Shown one piece after another: positions 35,379 to 41,658 of a stretch of DNA of 41,658 nucleotides (position 1 is its first letter; each line of letters opens with the position of its first letter). Source of the stretch: a virus (Duplodnaviria > Caudoviricetes). A program made the position numbers and the translations under genes. The notes beneath the pieces are model-generated. The model saw only the letters and a program-made list of their open reading frames with translations, ran no database searches and had not been told where the DNA came from. Location: positions 1 through 41,658 of IMG/VR virus record IMGVR_UViG_3300046396_000002, one strand, 5' to 3'.

Positions 35379-37253
35379 ATGAAAAAACTTTTATTCTGGA
35401 TAGTCTTGTTGAGTTCTACTGCATGGGCTCAGACTACGACGCCGAACTATGGATTCAACGTTCCGACTTACAACACTCCAAATTGGAATTATTTAATAAA
35501 CAGCAACTTCTTTCAGCTTGACACTTTACTGCATGGGATACAGGTCAACGAGACGCCGATTGGAACGTACACAGTAGCCACGCTTCCAGGCGGGTCTAAT
35601 CTCAATACGATTGCTGGAGTCACCGACGCCGCTGGTTTGAGTTGCACGGTTGGAGGTGGGAGCACAAATATATTGTGCCGCTGGAATGGATCATCATGGG
35701 TGCCGTTTGGCATAACAGGGTTTGTGGACTTCAGTAGTAATCAAACCATTGGCGGCAACAAGACATTCACTGGAATCACGGCCTTCACCGGCCCAAGCAA
35801 CAAAGTGAATAATGTATTAAATGTGCTGAGCTATTCCGGTGCCGACCTCGGCGCTCAGATTAACTCGGCAGAGACTTCCTCTGATTGCCCTACATCCGGT
35901 TGTCGCATCCGAATCCCCGCCGCCAGCACCTGTTACACCATGTCTACGTCGGTTGCGCTGCTTTCCTATGTCACGGTTGAAGGCGACCCCGCAGGTCCAG
36001 TATGTGTGCAATGGACGGGAACTGGAAGCACGGCAGCGTTTACGCTTGATTGGGGAAGCAGTCATCATTATGGCTCAGGGTTAAGAGATTTTATTCTCAT
36101 AGGAGAATGCGTAACAACCGCGTGCTCGGGTAATACTTCGATAGGGGTGTTACTCGGCGCAAGTCATGGGGCGGAGGGAGCAGTCCTAGATAATGTACAG
36201 ATTGGAGAAAGCGGAAGCGGATTTGCAGCTGCACTTCAGATTGGAAATAACCTGACTTTCATGGTTCGTTTAAGTCAAGTATCCGCCTTTGGAAACACTC
36301 TCGGCTTTTATCAGCCGTCTGGTTTCGTGAATGAAAATATCCGATGGGATGGCGGATGTATCTGTCAGAACGCAACAGGCCAGAAATTGAGAGGCTTTGG
36401 TGACTTCTTTATTAATAATGTTTCTTTCGATGACAACACGACTCTGGCTCAAGATATAAGCGGAAGCATCATTGTTAACGACTCAGACGACCACTTCGAG
36501 AATTCCGGTTTAGGAACTGGCAACTACATTACAGCTACCGGCAACGTTTCTTTAAATCTTCAAGGGAACTACTTCGTAGATGATCGGACCACGGGATCAA
36601 CTACGAGTATGATTAGCTGGTCTGGAGCGGGACTTACTGGGTTCGGTAATATCGTCAATACATCAGGGATAACGCTCGCAGAATGGATCAACCCCACCGC
36701 GGGAAATTCTCTTACGCTTTCTGGGAATAGCTTACTTAACAATGTAACATCCGAGCAGAGCGGGTCTTGGGTAGGACTCACTCTCGATTGCCCTGTAGCG
36801 CCAGCCCCCCTACAGCCTAGTTGCTTATTCAGAAATCTCCTTATCTCTACGAATGTTGGTGTCAGCTTCACAGAAAGCACTGCGCCTTCGGGGGCAGCGG
36901 GAACTGATGTCTGCTATGGAGATCCGTTTGCCCACCAGATAAAGTGCTCCTATAACAACGGGTCATTTTTCCCTCTATCGCAGACAATCGGGTCAGGAAC
37001 ATCAACTTCGAACGGAACAGCCATTGCCGCGGGGAATTCGCAGGCACAACCAGCGATTACGATAACTGGGGCTACAACGAATGACACTGCACGATGCTCT
37101 CTCAATGCAGCCCCCCCCGCTAGTTGGCAAACCGGTATTCAAGTGCTCCCAGCTGTAGTGACCGCGAACACAGTTACACCTTGGCTTTCCAATCCAACAA
37201 CTGGGTCAATTACGCCCGTTGGGACTGCAATTCGCTGTACCGTTGTTCGCTAA
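35379..37253 (+). CDS. Signal-peptide-bearing tailspike with pectin-lyase-like beta-helix
   Basis: MKKLLFWIVLLSSTAWA|QTTTPNYGFNVP; SSNQTIGGNKTFTG fibre repeat; NVLSYSGADLGAQINSA...RIRIP beta-helix cap; Asn/Gly/Ser-rich rungs; 16 Cys. Confidence 0.75.
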   Translation: MKKLLFWIVLLSSTAWAQTTTPNYGFNVPTYNTPNWNYLINSNFFQLDTLLHGIQVNETPIGTYTVATLPGGSNLNTIAGVTDAAGLSCTVGGGSTNILCRWNGSSWVPFGITGFVDFSSNQTIGGNKTFTGITAFTGPSNKVNNVLNVLSYSGADLGAQINSAETSSDCPTSGCRIRIPAASTCYTMSTSVALLSYVTVEGDPAGPVCVQWTGTGSTAAFTLDWGSSHHYGSGLRDFILIGECVTTACSGNTSIGVLLGASHGAEGAVLDNVQIGESGSGFAAALQIGNNLTFMVRLSQVSAFGNTLGFYQPSGFVNENIRWDGGCICQNATGQKLRGFGDFFINNVSFDDNTTLAQDISGSIIVNDSDDHFENSGLGTGNYITATGNVSLNLQGNYFVDDRTTGSTTSMISWSGAGLTGFGNIVNTSGITLAEWINPTAGNSLTLSGNSLLNNVTSEQSGSWVGLTLDCPVAPAPLQPSCLFRNLLISTNVGVSFTESTAPSGAAGTDVCYGDPFAHQIKCSYNNGSFFPLSQTIGSGTSTSNGTAIAAGNSQAQPAITITGATTNDTARCSLNAAPPASWQTGIQVLPAVVTANTVTPWLSNPTTGSITPVGTAIRCTVVR

Positions 37254-37271
37254 GTAGTCTCATTCTTATCC

Positions 37272-37958
37272 ATGAGCAGTTTTAGTAGTGGAGCTTTCAG
37301 TTCTGGTCCTTTCGGCGGAGTTACTATTCCGCCTGGCGGTACAGGTTATGGAGCACAACCTTATGGCACGGGCGGCGGATTGCCTTATGTCATTCCTTCG
37401 CTTGGTTACTATCTTTCACTTCTCACTTCGCAATATCAGAATGCTCCAAACCTAAATGCATTTCTGACAGCATGCTTACAGCCTTTTATCGATGCTGGGA
37501 TGTTGATCTCTGGCATGGTGAACGCCTTTGATCTCCATGCAGCAATCGGACCACAACTCGACACGCTCGGACAGATCATTGGAGTAGGTCGCACGGTGAG
37601 TTTCCAGCCTACTGCGGGTGTCAGTCCGATTCTGGATGATCCAACCTATCGTATCTTGCTGATGGCAAAGATTGCGCAGAATCAATGGAATGGTTCGATT
37701 GATAGTCTCTACTCGCTCTGGCCTACATTGTTTCCTGGCGGGAAAATCGCCGTGATCGACAACCAGAACATGAGTGCGACGATTATCTTGTCAGGTGCAT
37801 TCACGTCGATTCTTCAAGATTTGATTTCTAACGGATACATCATTCCGCGACCACAAGGCGTGCAGTATACCTACGAATTCCCGACGCTGCCTGTGTTTGG
37901 ATTTGGGGCAAGTAATGCATATATAGCTGGCTTCGGAACTGGGCACTGGGCAGGCTAA
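37272..37958 (+). CDS. Baseplate wedge protein (DUF2612 family)
   Basis: LLTSQYQNAP, FDLHAAIGPQLDTLGQIIGVGR, LDDPTYRILLMAKIAQNQWNGS, DNQNMS, IIPRPQGV, FGF. Confidence 0.9.
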   Translation: MSSFSSGAFSSGPFGGVTIPPGGTGYGAQPYGTGGGLPYVIPSLGYYLSLLTSQYQNAPNLNAFLTACLQPFIDAGMLISGMVNAFDLHAAIGPQLDTLGQIIGVGRTVSFQPTAGVSPILDDPTYRILLMAKIAQNQWNGSIDSLYSLWPTLFPGGKIAVIDNQNMSATIILSGAFTSILQDLISNGYIIPRPQGVQYTYEFPTLPVFGFGASNAYIAGFGTGHWAG

Positions 37959-37968
37959 AAAGGAAAAC

Positions 37969-38664
37969 ATGTCAGGAAGCACAAACATTATCCAGTGGAA
38001 CCCTGGAGCTGTAAACCAGGAAACTGATGCACTGTATCTAGCCGATTCGCAGCGAGCAGGAGGCGCAACTGACCCTTCTCAATTTGCCGCTGCATTGGCG
38101 AACAAAGCCTTCTATCAATGGTCCACCGTGCTTACGGCACTAGGAACCATGATGGCGAACAAGGGATACACGATCTCTGACGCCAATCTCGCGAACTTGA
38201 TAAATGCGCTCTCGAACATCATTACGAATGCTGATCTAGCGAATAGCCCAGCACTAGGCGCTGGAACTGGAACAGGCCCCACAGCACCTAATCAATCATC
38301 AGCGGACAACAGCACACATATTGCGAATACTAACTTTGTACAAACTCAAGTATTGGGCTTGAACGCTTTGATTGCCGCATTGACCGCTGGCACGGCGCAT
38401 GGCGTCGTCGGTAGTGGCAGCTATTTCAAACTCCCGGCATGGCTCGGGAGTTTCATTATCCAATTTGGGATTGTATCGACACCGGGATCTCCAACGGTCG
38501 GAACGCTTCCTATAGCTTTTCCAAACCAGTTTTTATCAGCACATGCGACCGCAGCCGCAACTGGTGGAAGTTCTGTTTCTATGTTCATTCTTAGCCTTTC
38601 AACTTTTGAAGTTATCGCCACTACTATGCCAACTTCAGTTTGGTGGCTGGCGATAGGAAGCTAA
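37969..38664 (+). CDS. Short tail fibre (no signal peptide) with gp53-like C-terminal domain
   Basis: ANKAFYQWS baseplate-binding N-terminus, ADNSTHIANTNFVQ repeat, YFKLP...FIIQFG...LPIAFPN...WLAIG; zero Cys. Confidence 0.85.
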   Translation: MSGSTNIIQWNPGAVNQETDALYLADSQRAGGATDPSQFAAALANKAFYQWSTVLTALGTMMANKGYTISDANLANLINALSNIITNADLANSPALGAGTGTGPTAPNQSSADNSTHIANTNFVQTQVLGLNALIAALTAGTAHGVVGSGSYFKLPAWLGSFIIQFGIVSTPGSPTVGTLPIAFPNQFLSAHATAAATGGSSVSMFILSLSTFEVIATTMPTSVWWLAIGS

Positions 38665-38668
38665 CTCC

Positions 38669-39076
38669 ATGAAAAAACTTATATTGTGGGGATTTGTTTT
38701 AAGCGCTCTCCTCGCGACGGCGCAGACCTTTACTCCGACCGCTCCCAATCCGGTCACCATTGCGTTCTCGACCTCTGGCACCGGAGCGCAGTTTGGCCCA
38801 GTTATTGATATTCATAATGGCTATACCAGCCATGGCCTCAGCTGGGAACCGCTTACGACCACGACCGTAACCGGATGCACGGTGCAAGTTGATAGCAGTC
38901 CTGACGGAGTGACGTGGACGGCAGGTGGGATCGTAGCATCTCAAGCCTGCACAACCGCAGGTATTGCCACGGCAGTGACAGCGAAAGCGGCGGCTTGGGC
39001 TCGCATCAACGTCACGGCCATTACCGCAGGTCAGATTGCTGTCAGCTACACCGCGATTAATCCTTTAGCGCCTTAA
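38669..39076 (+). CDS. Small signal-peptide-bearing beta-sandwich protein
   Basis: MKKLILWGFVLSALLATA|QTFT; CTVQVDSSPDGVTW...C...WARINVT. Confidence 0.75.
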   Translation: MKKLILWGFVLSALLATAQTFTPTAPNPVTIAFSTSGTGAQFGPVIDIHNGYTSHGLSWEPLTTTTVTGCTVQVDSSPDGVTWTAGGIVASQACTTAGIATAVTAKAAAWARINVTAITAGQIAVSYTAINPLAP

Positions 39077-39118
39077 TTTATTTTCTCTGATTCGCCCCAA
39101 ACCGGAAAACTAAAAAAC

Positions 39119-41658
39119 ATGAAAAAGCTACTGGGATTACTAGTGCTGCTCGGAGCTTTGTCTGCGATAGCGCAACAAACTCCGAATTTGAAGTTGAATA
39201 TCCCTGCCCCTGGAACTCCGGGATGGGGACTATTGCTGAATAGCAATTTCAGCACACTCGACTCCCTGATTCCCACTCCATCGAATGTAGCTTACTGCTT
39301 CATCTCTACGGGAGTGTTGCCTACAGATTGGGGATGGTCTCCATGCCCCGGTGGAATTTCTGGAGCGACAACTATATCGGGAAGCGGATTACAAGGCGGC
39401 GGCGTTACAGGGACGCTGAATCTCAGCCTACTTACCACTTGCGCAACCAGTCAGATTCTGCAATGGAACGGTTCAGCGTGGGTTTGCGCTTCTCCTGGCA
39501 CGGGAACAATTTCGGGAGTTACTGCAGGCACAGGCCTCACTGGAGGCGGAACGACCGGTTCTGTCACGCTTAACATTGCAAACCTCATTAGCGCTAACAC
39601 AACGGGAAACGCGGCCACAGCCTCCGCGCTTGCCGCTGTGCCAGCGCAATGCCCTGGTAGCCAGTTTGTAACGGGAATCGCAGCAAATGGAAATGCAAAT
39701 TGCGGAACTCCGTCGGGCGCAGGAACAATCACCGGAGTAAGTCCGACGAGTGGCGGCGGTTTAATTGGTGGTGGCACATCGGGTGCCGTGAGTATGGGCC
39801 TGATTACGAGTTGTTCTACAAATCAAGTCCTTCAATGGAGTGGCACCGCATGGGTTTGCGGCAATGCAGGAACAGGAACGATTACCAATGTAGTTGCGGG
39901 AACGGGACTTTCCGGGGGTGGATCTAGCGGCTCAGTGACGGTCACCCTGGCGAATCCAATCGCATCGAATACAACTGGGAATGCGGCGACGGCAAGTGCT
40001 CTAGCTTCTACTCCTTCTCAGTGCGGCGGCTCACCACAACAATTTGCTACAGGAATCGCAGCGAGCGGAAACGCTCAATGCGCCGTTCCGCCCCAAGGGA
40101 CAATCACCGGCGCGACTACGGCGGCAGGCAGCGGTCTCTCTGGTGGCGGATCTTCGGGAAGCCTCGCGCTTACCTTGCTGACGACGTGCTCATCCAATCA
40201 AGTTCTCGCATGGTCAGGAACGGCGTGGGCTTGTTCAACACCATCGGTAGGAACAATCACGAGCGTGACGGCTGGGACTGGATTGACCGGTGGCGGCTCA
40301 AGCGGTGGAATCACGCTGAATTTAGCAGGAACGATTTCTTCGAATACAACAGGTAGCTCGGGAAGTTTTACAGGCAGTTTAGTTGGAGATGTCACGGGCA
40401 CTCAGGGTGCCACGGTCGTAGGCAAGATTAACGGCGTATCGCTAGGAGGTTTAGCTACTGGCATCCTGAAAAATACGACCACCACAGGCGTGCCGAGTAT
40501 CGCCATCGCGGCTGACTTCCCAACGCTGAATCAAAGCACGACTGGAAATGCGGCCACGGCCACAGCTTTAGCGGCTACTCCAACGTTATGTTCTGCGGGG
40601 TTTGCGCCCACTGGAATTCTGGCTAGCGGGAATGCAACCGGATGTGCCGCTCTTACCGCTGGCGGTACGGTGACTCACACTGCTGGAGCTCTAAGTGCTG
40701 GAGTTGGAATAGTCGGAAATGGAACCGCAGACGTTAAGGCTGACACAAACTTCGATGATGGAGTGACGACAGCTAATACCTTTACTGTTAAATCTTCAGC
40801 GGGCCTAGCTGTTACTTCAGGCGGACTGGCGAGCGTCCTTACTATTGGCGATTCAACTACTCATTGCCCGATCACGCTTTCTGGTTCAAATACGTCTGCA
40901 ATCTGTTCGGCTAGTTTTATTCCTCAGTGGATATGGAATAACGCCGGTACAACCACGACAACCGTTCTGGAAACGCAAAACAACAAAGCAATAGCAAATG
41001 GTTATGCTTCCCTAGATGGCTCTGCCGACGTTCCCGCAACTCAACTCAACAATTTCCCTGCAGCTTGGTTCGGCGATAATCCGAACACAACTTTCAGCCT
41101 GACAAGTTCGGGCGCGGTTTGGACCAACCAAGATCGCGGCGCTTCGCCTATTGCTGTAGAAAACTTCTTTACAGATGCGGCGACATCTGCCACGGACAAC
41201 ACGGCCAATCTTGGTTGCGATACGGGAACTTCATCGTTTCATACATGCTTCTCTGCAAGTATTCGAGGAACAAAACAGTTCCAGATCGTAGAGACACCGG
41301 GACCTCAAGGCCAGACTATTATTGGGTCTGCAGTCACGCCTGCCAATCTCGGTAGCTCGCCTTTCACGAAGTTTTGGGTACTGTCAAATACCGGATCGCA
41401 TAATCAAGTCGGTATCTATCAGAACGCGACGACAACTCTTACTGGAACCCTGCTTTCCCTAGTTTCTGCGGGAGCGGCAAATTCTTCGTGGAACTTCTTT
41501 ACAGCGTGCGCTGGGGCAACAGGAAGTAATGGACAGTGCGGTTCGGGAACAGTCGTTGCGAAGGTAGACGGGAACGGAGCTTTGACCGCTGCGAATGTGA
41601 CTAGCAGCGGAGATGGTGTCCATGCGGGATATCTGGGATTACTCGGCAATACTACAGC
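39119..41658 (+). CDS. Long signal-peptide-bearing tail fibre, partial (>846 aa, runs off the window; absent from the ORF track)
   Basis: Hand translation MKKLLGLLVLLGALSAIA|QQTPNLKLNIP...WGLLLNSNFSTLD; no stop found to the window end; GTITSVTAGTGLTGG, CxxxQ(I/V)LxWxGxAWxC, TTGNAATASAL and KAIANGYASLDGSADVPATQL fibre motifs. Confidence 0.88.
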   Translation, partial: MKKLLGLLVLLGALSAIAQQTPNLKLNIPAPGTPGWGLLLNSNFSTLDSLIPTPSNVAYCFISTGVLPTDWGWSPCPGGISGATTISGSGLQGGGVTGTLNLSLLTTCATSQILQWNGSAWVCASPGTGTISGVTAGTGLTGGGTTGSVTLNIANLISANTTGNAATASALAAVPAQCPGSQFVTGIAANGNANCGTPSGAGTITGVSPTSGGGLIGGGTSGAVSMGLITSCSTNQVLQWSGTAWVCGNAGTGTITNVVAGTGLSGGGSSGSVTVTLANPIASNTTGNAATASALASTPSQCGGSPQQFATGIAASGNAQCAVPPQGTITGATTAAGSGLSGGGSSGSLALTLLTTCSSNQVLAWSGTAWACSTPSVGTITSVTAGTGLTGGGSSGGITLNLAGTISSNTTGSSGSFTGSLVGDVTGTQGATVVGKINGVSLGGLATGILKNTTTTGVPSIAIAADFPTLNQSTTGNAATATALAATPTLCSAGFAPTGILASGNATGCAALTAGGTVTHTAGALSAGVGIVGNGTADVKADTNFDDGVTTANTFTVKSSAGLAVTSGGLASVLTIGDSTTHCPITLSGSNTSAICSASFIPQWIWNNAGTTTTTVLETQNNKAIANGYASLDGSADVPATQLNNFPAAWFGDNPNTTFSLTSSGAVWTNQDRGASPIAVENFFTDAATSATDNTANLGCDTGTSSFHTCFSASIRGTKQFQIVETPGPQGQTIIGSAVTPANLGSSPFTKFWVLSNTGSHNQVGIYQNATTTLTGTLLSLVSAGAANSSWNFFTACAGATGSNGQCGSGTVVAKVDGNGALTAANVTSSGDGVHAGYLGLLGNTT
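39370..40350 (+). repeat. About three tandem degenerate 372-375 bp (124-125 aa) fibre modules
   Basis: First Cys of the CxxxQxLxW motif at 39440, 39812 and 40187. Confidence 0.85.

Larger units (their letters stand above)
1..41658 (+). mobile_element. Myovirus-type phage/prophage genome segment (accessory region plus packaging, head, tail and baseplate modules; both ends lie outside the window)
   Basis: Co-oriented, tightly packed terminase-portal-MuF-protease-capsid-adaptor-sheath-tube-tape measure-baseplate-fibre order; no host housekeeping genes; no integrase or att site seen. Confidence 0.97.

Noticed and set aside
217-41649. The many minus-strand and alternate-frame ORFs in the track (e.g. 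15307..15927, 14438..14971, 7569..8117, 31334..31789)
   Set aside because: They lie wholly within well-supported + strand phage genes and show no recognisable motifs; treated as shadow ORFs
22264-41658. Tailocin / extracellular contractile injection system as the explanation for secreted fibre-like proteins
   Set aside because: A complete DNA-packaging and head module is in the same operon
33318-41658. Diversity-generating retroelement or invertible fibre cassette
   Set aside because: No reverse transcriptase, invertase, TR/VR pair or inverted crossover sites seen; the fibre repeats differ at all base types. Such elements could lie outside the window
1-41658. Stop-codon reassignment or tRNA genes
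   Set aside because: Core genes are full length in the standard code and end in TAA, TAG and TGA; no cloverleaf or T-loop pattern noticed in the short intergenic gaps (by eye only)

Overview
The whole window is one contiguous stretch of a tailed dsDNA phage or prophage with a contractile tail (myovirus). Its gene set resembles Bcep781/PB1-like phages: DUF1073 portal, MuF-type head protein, DUF2213 prohead protease, DUF2184 capsid, DUF4054 adaptor, DUF3383 sheath, gp138-type spike, baseplate J and DUF2612. Bases 1-6.3 kb hold about 18 small accessory ORFs with repeated gene-boundary sequences. From 6.6 kb to the end is the almost entirely + strand packaging/head/tail/baseplate/fibre operon. 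The host is tentatively an Acidobacterium, inferred from the Zn-ribbon-HTH protein, the GH99-like domain and the Gln-at-+1 signal peptides. The most striking observation is that three tail-fibre/tailspike genes (33318, 35379, and an unlisted ORF from 39119 that runs off the window) each start with a Sec-type signal peptide. In all three it is followed directly by the same phage fibre-anchor motif, and all three are rich in paired cysteines. Several smaller signal-peptide proteins also sit in the morphogenesis operon. This suggests virion appendages that are exported, fold oxidatively in the periplasm and join the particle at or after lysis. Other notable items: a portal fused to an InPase-like domain behind a putative D|S protease site, a glycosyltransferase plus two papain-fold enzymes in the neck region, a -1 frameshift in the tail chaperone, and a free-standing GIY-YIG endonuclease. 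All family assignments come from motif recognition by eye and synteny; no searches were run.
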